Part shown: piece after piece, positions 36,071 to 48,714 of the stretch
Position numbering within the stretch: position 1 is the first letter of the stretch
How the letters are laid out: the number at the start of each line of letters is the position of its first letter
From: Chiloscyllium plagiosum
Lineage: Eukaryota
Direction of reading: 5' to 3'
Assembly (NCBI RefSeq): GCF_004010195.1
Contig: NC_057720.1
Location: 17,900,609 to 17,964,499 of the forward strand
Length of the DNA: 63,891 nucleotides
Position numbers and translations under genes: made by a program
The notes under the pieces: model-generated
Databases searched by the model: none
The model's input: only the letters and a program-made list of their open reading frames with translations
Told to the model about the DNA's origin: nothing

Positions 36071-37999
36071 GAGCTTCAACAAATATCTAATGGTTCAGAA
36101 ACCACCCTAAATAAGGGCTTGTAAAGTGAAAACAAGAAATGATATCACAATCGTACCGGAACAAATGCTGATCATGACTTAAGTTGTTGGTACACCGAGC
36201 ATTCAATTGTTTGTGCTATAAAGATTTCATGTTTAGATTTTTTGGAAGGGTATGTGAATTTTGAAGGATTGATGAAAAATTGTTTTATTTCAAGTCCTGA
36301 CTATAACTGGATTGTTTTTAAAAGAGTTAATGAAAGAACACATTGGATTTTTTTTTAAAAATAAGACTCTCTGGGAAATCACATGACTTCAGCTATTGGC
36401 TTAAACTCACTTAGTAGAGATCCACTGCCTGGTTTAATGGCTGTCTTCTTTATTTTGTTTGAAGACGGCTCGTTTTTTAGTTGAGGAGAAAGTTGTTGAG
36501 GAAAGGTTGCTCAATTCATTTCTCTACTCAATACCCTTGATGTGTATTCATCCGGTATGAAACCTGATTGTCTGCATGAATAAAGTCTAGAAGATTTGTC
36601 AGTATTTTGTTTCCTGAGCAATCTGCATCTGCCAAGACTCCAGAGACAACTGCACATTCTAGTGACCTGTCCATGTGTACCAAAATGTTGGATTGACAAT
36701 CTAAACATTGCACAACTTGTCCTTTTTACCTTCAGAAACTAACCATTATTGGCCAAAAGTGTTTTTCCCTAAAGCAAATATCTGCACAGAAAGCAGAATT
36801 CCCAGAATTACGGAATTGTTATGGTGCAGAAGGCCATTCAGTTCCATCATTTCTGCACCAGCAGTCGAAGCATTTTAACTCAGGGCGAAACTCCTGCCTT
36901 GTCTCTATAAGCCTGTTTATTGTTTTAATTTAAATAATACTCTAATTTGCTCTTGAATGTCTCAGTTGACTCTGCCTCACCACACTTCCAGGCAATAACT
37001 GCTTGTCGTATAAAAAAAATGTTTTTACTCACCTTACATTTGCTTCTTTTGCAAAATGTTGTAAAATTGTATTCTTTAATTCTTGATCTTTTTATCAAAC
37101 ATGAATACTTTCTTCCCATCCACTCTGTCTAGGATCATCATGTGTATTTTTAAAATTAATTCACAGGATTGGGCATTGCTGGCTAGGCCAGCATTTATTT
37201 CCCATCCCTAATTGCCCAGATGGCAGTTAAGAGTCATTGTTTATCAGTCTGGAATCACATGTAGGCCAGACCAGATAAGGATGGCAGTTTCCTTCCTGAA
37301 AGGACATTAGTGAACCAAAAGGGTTTTTCTCAACAATAAACAGTGGATTCATGCTTATCATTAGACTCTTAATTCCAGATTTTATTGAATTCATACCATG
37401 GTGGGATTTGAACCCAGGTTCCCAGGACATTACCTGAATTTCTGGATTAATAGACTAGTGATGATACAACTAGGCTACTGTCTCCTGAATATATTTCCTG
37501 AATATTTCTGTTACATCTTCCCCCAAGCCTTTTCCTCTCCAAGGAAAACAGTCCCAACGTTCCGATCTTTACTGAACTGTCTCATTCTTGGAATCATGCT
37601 TGTAAATCTCTGCCTCACTTTTTCTAATGCATTCACATCATTCCTATTGCATGGTACCCAAAATTGTACAGAGTAATCCAGCTGAGGTCGAGCCAATGTT
37701 CTGCATAAATGCATGATAATTTCTTTGGCCTTGTATTCCATACCTGTATGAATGATGTCAAGCCTTTTTCTATTCCTTTACTCTGTGCGTTTCTAAGAGA
37801 GGTAAACATTTGTATTGTCATTTTGCAAACTGTGTTTTAATCAGTTTTGCATCTTCATTGAATTAGTTTTGTTTTATAATAGGTCAAAACTTTGCATTCA
37901 TAAAAGAAACCTGCTTGATTGATCTTTCCGTTCTATTTCTAATGTAGAGAAAGCATGGTTGCTTATATCAGGAACTGGGTTAAATTTAAATTATAATCC

Positions 38000-38612
38000 A
38001 TGGAGTGATGGAAGTAAGCATTTAGCACGTTTACCTTCATTGCTCAGTCCTTTGAGTATAGGAGTTGGGAAGTCACGTTGAGGTTGTATAGGACATTGGT
38101 GAGGCTTCTTCTGGAATACTGTATCCAGCTCTAGTTACCCAGTTATAGGAAGGATATTAATAAGCTGGAGAGGGTTCCAGAGAGATTTACTAGAATGTTG
38201 CTGGGTGTGGAATATTTGAGTTATAAGGAAAGGCTGGGACTTCTTTCACTGGAGTGTAGGAGGTTGAGAGGTGACCTTACAGAAGTCTATAAAATCATAG
38301 GTTTAATGATTGGTATCTTTTTCCTAGGATGGGGGATTTCAAGAATAGCGAGTGCACATTTTTAAGGTGAGAGGAGAGAGAATTTAAAAAAAAAGACATG
38401 GGGTCATTTTATTTTAAAACACAGAGTGGTTTGCATGTGGAGTAAACTTTCTGAGGATGTGGGCACCATTACAACATCTATAAGAAATTTGGGCTAGTAC
38501 TTGAATAGGAAATGTTTGGAGGGATATGAGCCAGGTGGGACTAGTGTAGTTTGGGATTATGTTCAGCATAGACTGGTTGGACTGAAGAGTCTGTTTCCAT
38601 GTTGTATGACTC
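38000..38612 (+). mobile_element. old CR1 3' fragment
   Basis: LEYCIQ/LERVPER-like remnants; tatgactcta tail. Confidence 0.75.
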
Positions 38613-40402
38613 TAGAAAAAGACCATGCACCTGCCAATTCAGTTGTCAAATTTCATCTAATAAAAACACAAACATTTAGCATGCTGCCTTTGCAAAGTAG
38701 GAGATCAGCATGAAAGTTGCAAGATGTATGGTATCACATTAACAGGAGTTTGTCCCCCATGTCATTAAAATAGATATCAGGCATTATTTGTACTTTCCAG
38801 TCGTACTGGGTGCAAAGCCCACTTAAAAGGCTCACTTGTGGCACGAAGCTTGACGGAATATCGAGTGCAGACTTGTGACATTTGTAACAGCTGCCATAAA
38901 ATCTACCTATTAGTAGTCATGTCCCATGCATTGTTGTTGTAAAGATCCTTGTGGCAGAGTCTTAACCTGGCCACTCAAATTTGTCAGCCGTCATTCAGTG
39001 CAAGGCCATCATCTTGGTCAAGACAGCTGAGAGCTACACTTTGAATGAAGATGATAATCATGGAGTAGTCTGACATTTCACAAACACACGATTGATGAAC
39101 TGCAGAAAAGAAGGAGCACATTCCTCCTGGAGTGACTTGAGTTACCTTTGAAGCTGCCTGCCTGATGTGTTCCAATCACTCTTAAGGAGTGATGGGCAGT
39201 CGGCCAATGAGATTAGGATGTTCTTATACCCTGGTGAATGTAGCCTTGGGAATCGAATCCAGAACAATTTGATTGATTGAATGCTTGCTGTTGTCTGTGT
39301 TTGGATAAGCTTTTCCAAAGCTGATATAATGTTACATGGACAGGATTGTTAAAGTGAGACACACATTATTACTCACTTTATGAAATTAAAATTAATAATA
39401 TATGAGCAGTGACATAAGTCCAGGCACAAGCACACCACATGTGTACCATCTTGACAAGAAGAATAGATTTTACATGTTAAATTTAATTCCAGGAAAAATA
39501 AAGCTGTGGTGCATTGTTTCAACAATAAAATTTGGTAAGTGAACATTTGTTACCATTCTCCACTGGATGGTGTACCACACCATTATAATTTTTGTGTGTT
39601 TTTACAAAGTAGTAGACACCAACTTTTAAATGTTATTATTTTCTATGACTTATCCCATTAATTGCAATTTTAAATGCTTAAAAAGAATCAAGATTACCTG
39701 TTCTTTATTTTTGGGTGGGGTGGCTATAACTAAAATTGATAGGAAATCCAGTGACGTGATTAGGATTAATTATCCAAGTATATACCTTAACATTAGGGAG
39801 GGGACATTGAAATACACAACAGATGGCTATCGAGTGAAATACGACTCACAGCCCAGCTAACAACTGACAAAGGGATCTTGTTTTGGCTTTCACATTATGT
39901 ACTCTCTCCATATAAACACAGCACTGTTTCAGAATAGTTTAAGTTTAAACACTCCTATATGTCAAGGATTTAAGTGGTTGAGTTTCAGACTAAAATGGGA
40001 TGGCATTAAATTGCAACAGTAACCCATAGTTGAGATTAAAGTAATATAGATTGCAAGATAAAAGATGGGTAAATTTTAAATTCCAGTTCTTGCTGCAGAG
40101 TGAATTGTTCAAACAAAATTATTTTAATATAAACTTATTCTCTTGCAAATACTATTCCCTATGAATTTATACTGGTGTTTTCGCAGCCACAATCATATTG
40201 CAGTGAGAGCTAATCAGGAGCTAATAGGACTTTGGAGAGTAACAATCACAGATCCTGGAGGAGGCAATCTCACAACCCAAAGAACTATAGCACTGAGTCA
40301 AATTCAGTTTAAAAAAAATCTTCATGTTGTCCGCTGTTCATCCTGGATGCATTTTGAAACCTACTTGGAATTGATTAAATGTTTGGAGATTGACACCCTC
40401 AC

Positions 40403-40447
40403 CTGCGTTCTCTGAGCATTTCAATTCTAACTTCTGGACATGGAGAC
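40403..40447 (-). other. candidate 45-bp internal exon
   Basis: Acceptor cacttctgcag, donor cag|gtgagg; phase-1 frame (G)LHVQKLELKCSENA is compatible with the 16181-16248 candidate. Confidence 0.25.
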
Positions 40448-41219
40448 CTGCAGAAGTGTATAATGACATATACATACAGCTACCTCCTGGAGAGGCAACA
40501 GCAGAAAGGAGGTTCAAGTGAGTGAATGCTGCTTCGAAATAATTCTGCAGTCACTAGTCTCAGACTGATAATTGCAATACAATTTTACTGCGACCCCATC
40601 TATCACCATCAACAATCACTCCTTCCACAACCAATGCTCAGTAGCAGAACGTGTAACATCTACAAGATACTCAGCAGTAACCCACCAGGGTTGCTTCAAC
40701 AATACCTCCCAAACCCACAAGCTCAACCATCAGAAGGACAACAGTAACAGATGCAAGGGAACACCATCGCCTGCAAACTCCCCTCCAAGCCACTCACCAT
40801 CCTGATTTAGAAGTATATCGTCACCTCTTCACTGGCCTTTCCTAATGGCACTGTAGGTGCACCACAAAAGACTGACTGCAGTTCATGAATATGATTGATT
40901 AATCCTCTCTCATCACTCATTACCAGGTCTAGAATAGCCCGCTGCCTGGTTGCTGGAATAAATTATCCCAGATATACTTAATGAATTCATTATTTCAGTT
41001 ACCTTTGCCAATTTGATTTGCTCAATCAACATGCACATTAAAATCACCAAAGGTTATCGCAGTGCATTTCTCACATGTCCTAATTATTTCTTCATGTATA
41101 CTCAGCCCAACCGCTGTTAGGGAGTCTGTAACCTCTTAGCTTTCCTATTTCTTAGTTCTACCCAAATGGATTCTGTATTTTGCTCTTTTGAGCTAAGGTC
41201 TTCTCTCATTACATTACTA

Positions 41220-42745
41220 ATTATAGAGGTGACCTTATTGAAACATACAAACTTCTTAGGGGACTTGACACGGTAGATGTGGAGAGGTTGTTTCCCCTTG
41301 TGGGAGAGTCTCGGACCAAAGGACATAATCTCAAAACAAGGATTGCACATTTAAGAAAGAGATGAGGTGGAATTTCTTTTCTCAGAGGATAGTGAGTTTG
41401 TGGAATTCTTAGGGGGTTGTCAAGGTTGGGTCATTAAGCATATTCAAAGCTGAGAGAAAATGATTTTTAGTCATTAAGATAATCAAGGATTAAGGGGAAG
41501 AGGGGTTGTGGATTATCAGATCAGCCATGATCTCGAAGAATGCAGATCAGACTCAATGGGGTAAAGGGATTTGGGGGTCCTCGTGCACGTATAACAAAGT
41601 GTTCAGCAGATGATAGGGAAGGCAAATGGACAATCAACCTTGTTTCAAAGAGAATAGAGTATGACAATAGGGAAGACCCATTGAAACCATTCAAGACACT
41701 AGTCAAACCATATCTAGAAATTATGAACAGTTTTGGTCTCCTTATCTGTGGAAAGATAAATGTCATGTGAGGCTGTCCTGAGAAGGTTTACTAGGTTGAT
41801 CCCAGGTATGGAGGAATTTTCTAATGAAGGGGGTTGAGTAGGTTGAGCAAGTATTCATTAGAGTTTAGAAGAATGATAGGTGTCACTACTCAAACATTTA
41901 ACATTCTTGGGGAACTTGACTGGGTTATGTGAGTGTGTCCAGGACCAAAGGGTATAATCTTAGAATAAGGGGTTGCACATTTAAGGCAGAGGGGAGTAGG
42001 AATTTCTTCTTTCAGAGGGTAGTGATTCAGTAAGGAAATCAAGAAAAAGGAAGAAAGAGAAGTTGAGAATGCTGAGATCAGTCATGGTCTTGTTGAATGG
42101 GAGAGCAAACAATGGGTCAAATGACCTACTTCTGCTCTTATGCCTTATGGGTCTTATGGCTAACTTTGGCATACTCCTGTTCCTATAACACTGCATGCAA
42201 TACTGCATGCAATTCTGGTCTCCCTATTGTAGGAAGGATGTTGTGAAATTTGAAAGGGTTCAGAAATGATTTAAGGATGTTGCCATGGTTGGAGGGTTTG
42301 AGCTATAGGGAGAGGCTGAATAGACTGGGGCTGTTTTCCCTGGAGCATCGGAGGCTGAGGGGTGACCATATAGAGGTTTACAAAATCATGAGAGGCATAG
42401 ATAGCGTAAATAGACAAGGTATTTTAGCCAGGGTGGGACAGTCCACAACTAGATGGTATAGCTTTAAGGTGAGAGGGGAAAGATTTAAAAGGGACCTAAG
42501 GGGCAACATTTTCACGCAGAAGGCAGTGCGTGTATGGAATGAGCTACTAGAGGAATTGGTGAAGGCTGGTACAATTACAACATTTAAAAGGCATCTGGAT
42601 AGGTATACGAGTAGGAACAGTTTAGAGGGATATGGGCCAATCACTGGCAAATGGGACTAGATTTATTTAGAATATCTGCTTGGCATGGATGAGTTGGACC
42701 ATAGGATCTGTTTCCATGCTGTATATCTTCACGACTCTGAGTCTT
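41220..42745 (+). mobile_element. cluster of CR1 3' fragments
   Basis: ORF 42250-42660 (LGLFSLE..RLRGD..FTQKAVRVWNEL) and two older tails. Confidence 0.8.
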
Positions 42746-43870
42746 GCTCTGTTTAAATATTATTCAGCATCTCTATTCATCAAGCCAAAGTGTAAAACCT
42801 CAGATTTTCTACATTGTACTCCATCTCCAAGACTTTTGGCCATTCACATAACCTGTCTCTTTATCCATCTGTGTTATCCTAACTATTTGCCTTTCCATCT
42901 AGTTTGCGCCATGCACAAGCTTGGTGATAGTACATTCACTTCCATCATCCATGCCATTCATATATATTGTAAATAATTATGGCTCCAGCAATGATCTCAG
43001 TGGCACTCTACTACTTAAAAATTACCATCCTGAAAATGCCCCCTCCATGCCAATTTTCTATCATCTAATAGTTAGCCAAACTTTACAAAACTTACATCCT
43101 TAATTAATAGAACTACCCCACCCACCTTTTATAGTTCCGCTCTTATGATATGTCAAATCTCCTTCAATATTTAGTTGTCAGGTATGGTCACCTCGCAACT
43201 ATGCCTTTTTAAAGCCTGTCAGATCATCCATATTTATTTCTATCTATGCTGATGTTTTATCCATTTTGCTATTAATACTGTACATATTCAGATGCTGAAC
43301 CTTCAACACTGCCATTTTTAAGTAGTTTTGCATTCTCTGGCCTTATTTGCTGGAGTAATCTTTAGATTATATGTCCCATTCTACCACACTCCAGTTATCA
43401 ATACACAAAATACAATCCTATTCTATCGTTTAGAATTTTACAGATTCAAGAGTGATTACTGTGGATTGAAATATAGCAAATGCCACCCCAACATTTAAGA
43501 AGGGAAAATAGGGAAAACAGACCTGTTAACCTTACATTCGCAGTAGGGAAAATGCATCAATCTATTACAAAGGTAGGGATAAATAGGTACTTGGTTGCTA
43601 ATGATCAGATGAGCATAGCATGACTTTGTGAATGGAAATCATGTTTGATGAATCTGTTCACATTTTTGAAGATATTAATAACAATATTGATAAAGGACAG
43701 CTGATTAACATGGAATGCTTCAATGTTCAGAAGGCTTTTGATAAAGACCCGACAGCAGGCTGTTTAGAAACAGTATAGCATGCGGGATAGGAGGTAATGT
43801 ACTGGCATGGATCAGTGATTGGCTGACAGACTGTAAACAGAGAGTAGGAATAACTGAATCACTTTTTCAT

Positions 43871-43960
43871 GATTCCTGAAGAAGGGCTAATGCCCGAAAC
43901 GTCGATTCTCCTGTTCCCTAGATGCTGCCTGACCTGCTGCGCTTTTCCAGCAACACATTT
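43871..43960 (+). mobile_element. short hammerhead-headed element (intact motif 43871-43908)
   Basis: gattc-CTGAAGA-a-GGGC taat GCCC-GAAA-CGTC-gattc. Confidence 0.8.
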
Positions 43961-43962
43961 CC

Positions 43963-44631
43963 AACATCTACAGTGGGCCCCAGGTGAAGCACTGCTGATA
44001 ATTCCTGCCTTCTATTTATATGTTTGGGTTTTTTTGGGGGGTTGGTGATGTCATTTCCTGTGGTGATGTCATTTCTGTGGTGAAGTCACTTCCTGTTCTT
44101 TTTCTCAGGGGGTGGTAGATGGGGTCTAACTCGATGTGTTTGTTGATAGCGTTCCTGTTGGAATGCCACGCTTCTAGGAATTCTCGTGTATGTCTTTGTT
44201 TGGCTTGTCCTAGGATGGATATGTTGTCACAGTCGAAGTGGTGTCCTTTCTCATCTGTATGTAAGGATACTAGTGAGAGAGGGTCATGTCTTTTTGTGGC
44301 TATTTGGTGTTGATGTATCCTTATGTAGTGGCTAGTTTTCTGCCTGTTTGTCCAATGCAGTGTTTGTTATAGTCCTTGCATGATATTTTGTAAATGACAT
44401 TAGTTTTGCTTGTTGTCTGTATAGGGTCTTTCAAGTTCATTAGCTGCTGTTTTAGTGTGTTGGTGGGTTTGTGGGCTACCATGATGCCAAAGGGGTCTGA
44501 GTAGTCTGGCAGTCATTTCCAAGCAGGAATTATCAGCAGTGCTTCGCCTGAGGCCCACTGGAGATGTTACCTAGCAGGGTGACAAAATGTCTGGAAGTGA
44601 ACCTTCCAGCTCAGCGAGCAAACCTATATCC
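43963..44631 (-). mobile_element. Penelope-like element, second family: GIY-YIG C-terminus with inverted pLTR
   Basis: Minus-strand IGQTGRKL, ILGQAKQRHTREFLEAWHS..INKHIELDPIY; 43963-44008 is inverted relative to 44523-44568; decayed hammerhead at 44555-44594 (+). Confidence 0.85.
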
Positions 44632-45929
44632 ATTTTTTTTTCAATTCACTTGCGGGACATGGTCCTTGCTGGCTGGTCAGCATTTATTGCCCATTTTTTA
44701 GATGCCCTTGAGAAACAGAAACTCTAAGGTGCCAAGCTTCGAAACCAAGAATTATTCATTTTCTTCTTGTCAGCCTTAGGCAGTAGCCAGAATATTGCCT
44801 CCTGGTCAGAATGTTTAAACTCAATACAGATGTGTGCACATAATATTGTGCCACAATATTATCTCTCAAAGGCCCTCTTTCTCTTCCTAGAATGGATGTG
44901 AAAAGTCTCAAAGTTGTATTAAAAGAAAAGCAGTGAGTTTCCCTCGTGTCATTACATAATTTCTCTCACACCCTATGCCACAAAATAGACACCTTTTGTC
45001 CATTTCTTCCACTGTGGGATCTTGCTGTATATATAATGGTCACAATACCTGCACTTCAAAATAAGTCAGTAGGTTATAAAGTAATTTCTCATATCTCCCT
45101 AAATCTTACAGTATGATAAGGTAGTATACAACATTTAGATTTTCTTGTTGTACAATCAAGTTCAAGCAATTCAACGCAAATTCAACTACTTTCATCATTG
45201 CTACATCACCTTATTTGTGCAGTCTGATCAACGATCATCATCAAATCTTTTTCTTCATCAACCCTAGGTGGTGTAAACATTTCCTGGAGTGTCTTAACCT
45301 CAAGCAAATGATACAGTATTTAGCTAAATTATATTTTATTTGCCATATGTGTGCTTTACTTATTCACCAAATAAAGTCCCCCCTCACCAAGCACATTTTT
45401 ATGACAAGTAAAACAGGGAAGCAATGTTCCCACTTCTCCCCCATATATTGTTTCATGATTCCTGAATTCTCCACGGTCTCCCTAAAATCTGAGTTCAGGA
45501 TCTTCAGAGACAGAGAGAAAACACCAGGCTGACATGACAGGACTAGAAAGTTGATCAGTCAATTTCGTGACTAGTTCAGTTAGGAAACTTGATTTGCTTG
45601 GGTGAGTTGGGCTGAAAGGTCTGATTCCATGCTGTGTGGATCTATGACTCTGACTATTTTACAAGTATTTTTAAACATTTTTCATGTTTTGTGTAACAAA
45701 ACTATATTTTTTCATGATAGCAGAACCTCAAAGAATGTCTTTTTGCTGGAATGTAGTTATTAGAATTGTTTTGATAGAATATGAATAAGTAGTGTTTTGA
45801 AGGTAATATGTAACTGTGAAAAATTAAAAATGATTAATGAAAAGCTTTATTGAGTAGATTTGTTCCAATTTCCCATTCCTCTCCAAAATCCTTGAATGTG
45901 TTGTCACCTCCAAAATCAGTGCTTATCTT

Positions 45930-47270
45930 TCATATAGCTCTATGTTTGAATCCCGACAATCAGGTTTCATCTACTGTCAATGTCACAAATGATATCCAAG
46001 GTGACTGTGACATTAGTTCACCCAATGTTGCCCATCCTTCCCCACCTGACTGCAGCCTTTGTCGCAGTTCACCACAGCATTCTCCTCCAACACCTCTCCA
46101 TGTCATCCTGCTGGATGCAACTGCACTCAATTTATTATATTCTTATCTATCTAATTTAGCAAGAAAATTTCCATCTGTTCTCCAACCCTCACATTGTTAC
46201 CTCTGAGGTCACTAATGATCCATCCTTATTTTTCACCTACCTCGATCCTTCGTGGCATCATCGGATGTTGGTAAACAGAATGTCAGGATCCAGATGATCA
46301 CTAATGACACCCAGTTCTACCTCAGTAACACCTCTCTCAACCCTTCCAATGCTTAATTTGTAATAATCCTTGTCCAACATTCATGATGAGTAGAGGTTTC
46401 CTCCAACTAATATTGAGAAGATCTCAGTCATTGCTTTCAGTACCATCACAAAGATAAGCCCAGAGATAAGCTTCTGACAATGGGGCAAATGGTGTACTTC
46501 TGCTCCCATGTCTGATAGTGTTGTGATCTTAAATGTTACTTCACCAACAAGAGTATTTACTACTGTTTCTGTATCATTATCTATGCCTGTACTGAAGTGG
46601 AATACTGAGGATAGGTATTTGTCTGTATCTAGGTAAAAACAATGACTGCAGATGCTGGAAACCAGATCTAGATTAGAGTGATGCTGGAAAAGCACAGCAG
46701 TTCAGGCAGCATCCGAGGAGCAGTAAAATCGACGTTTCGGGCAAAAGCTCTTCATCAGGAATACAGGCAAAGAGCCTGAAGGGTGGAGAGATAAATGAGA
46801 GGAGGGTGGCGGTGGGGAGAAAGTAGCGAGGCAGAAGATGAGGCGTTCTTCCTCCAGGCATCTGGTGGTGAGGGAGCGGGGGTGAAGGAGGCCCAGGACC
46901 TCCATGTCCTCAGCAGAGTGGGAGGGGGAATTGAAATGTTGGGCCACAGGTGGTGTGGTTGATTGGTGCGGGTGTCCCAGAGATGTTCCCTAAAGTGCTC
47001 TGCTATCTGTCAGAACTCTGTTTTTACTGAAATACATATCTTTCCTTGGCTATTCCAATGCACTGTCGACTCACCTTCCATTTTATATCCACCATAATTT
47101 CAACGAATCCAAAACTTTGCTGCCCATATCCTAAAACACATTAAGCCCCTTTCAGCCATCACTTCTGTGCTAACGTCCCAATACTAGCTTTTGCTTCAGT
47201 AAGGCCTCAATTGTAGCATTCTACTTTAGTATTAAATCCCACCATGACCTCACCTTTCCTTTTCTCTGTA
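45930..47270 (+). mobile_element. ancient L2-type LINE RT/3' fragment
   Basis: Decayed YSYLSN, DDTQFYL and IQNFAAHIL motifs. Confidence 0.55.
46633..47003 (-). mobile_element. Penelope 3' fragment with hammerhead motif (46727-46762)
   Basis: VAQHFNSPSHSAEDM; minus strand CTGATGA a GAGC tttt GCCC GAAA CGTC. Confidence 0.85.
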
Positions 47271-47439
47271 ATGATTTAGTTTTAATGATAAAACAGGAGT
47301 TTATTTGGCTAAATAAAATAAAGTAAAATAGAATAAACCAACTATTTACATGCAACATGATTTGAAAAAGTTTAAAACACTATCAAAATACAATCCCATC
47401 TATCCCAACACCATCATGTAACAGTATTCAAACAATACT

Positions 47440-47750
47440 GGGCAGCACGGTGGCACAGTGGTTAGCACTGCTGCCTCACAGTACCAGAGACCCGGGTTCA
47501 ATTCCCACCTCAGGCGACTGACTGTGGAGTTTGCACATTCTCCCCGTGTCTGCGTGGATTTCCTCCGGGTGCTGCGGTTTCCTCCCACAGTCCAAAGATG
47601 TGCAGGTCAGGTGAATTGGCTATGCTAAATTGCCCGTAGTGTAAGGTAAGGGGTAAATGTAGGGGTAAGGGTGGGTTACGCTTCGGCGGGTTGGTGTGGA
47701 CTTGTTGGGCCGAAGGGCCTGTTTCCACATTGTAATGTAATCTAATCTAA
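47440..47750 (+). mobile_element. HE1-type SINE
   Basis: Full head with A/B boxes (tggcacagtgg / gggttcaattcc); taatc tail. Confidence 0.92.
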
Positions 47751-47999
47751 TAGAGAGAATTTGATTCTCTATTACATCTATATGTTTATTTTAATTTTTT
47801 TTCAAATCCCAGTCTTGAGAGTTTGGCTGCCTCTTCCTTGATAAGTCACACAACTAAGCTTAGACTTTATCAGCTTCAAGTAACCTGTTAAGGATTCTGA
47901 TGAAAGACCTCTGGTATAGATTCAATTCAAAGACTTCTGATCTAGATTCAATCAAAACTCACTGAATAAGGAAACCTATTTCCTAAAGTTTCTGAAATA

Positions 48000-48714
48000 C
48001 AAAAGAAACTCGATTATGCGAATACCAATTATCCAAAAATCGGATTATCCGAAGGAGATCTCGAGGTCCCGATAAAAACATTACATCAAAGACTGTTTCC
48101 AGCAGTGATCACGTCTTTTGTTTAGTGATTAAACAGGCACCGTCTCCAAATGACTGACTGCCCGCCCTCTCTCTCCCCACACTTTCCCTGGAGTTCTACA
48201 GAGAGGTGTGCCCTAACCCCAACCCCCCTCCCAACAATAATCTCTCCACCATTGTTCTTTACAGGGCAAAGGTGGAACTTGTCAAAAGGTTGCAGTAAAA
48301 AGTTGTGTGTGGGGCTGTGCGCGCTATTTGGAGACCTACCCCACAAAGGTAGCTGCAGTTGCATCAGCAGTCTTGTTGTTCATGTTCAGTCCAGCTGCCC
48401 CAGAGAGGGGTCAGGGGTGAACACGGGGGGCGATGGGGTGGCTGTGTTGGGGGCGGGGGCTCACGCGCCTTGTGCTGGGGGCAGGGGGTGTGGTTGGACT
48501 GGGTTGGGAGTAGGGGGCGGGGTTGGAAGCAGAGGGCGGGTTGGACCGGGTGGGGGGGAGTGGTGGCTGAGGCTCGTGTGCTGTGTGCTGCTGCAGTCTC
48601 CTGACTTTAAAAACTGAGCCCCAGAGGAAAGGCATTTAATCAATTTTCCAAATAATTGATTATCTGAACGAAATAGTGCCCACCCATCACGTTCGGATAA
48701 TTGAGTTTCCACTG
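48000..48714. mobile_element. non-autonomous Tc1/mariner (Tigger/pogo-like) DNA transposon
   Basis: TA at 47998-99 and 48715-16; imperfect 23-bp TIRs (caaaagaaactcgattatgcgaa / ttcggataattgagtttccactg); GC-rich interior. Confidence 0.75.

Noticed and set aside
47440..47510. tRNA-like heads of HE1 copies
   Set aside because: SINE heads, not functional tRNA genes
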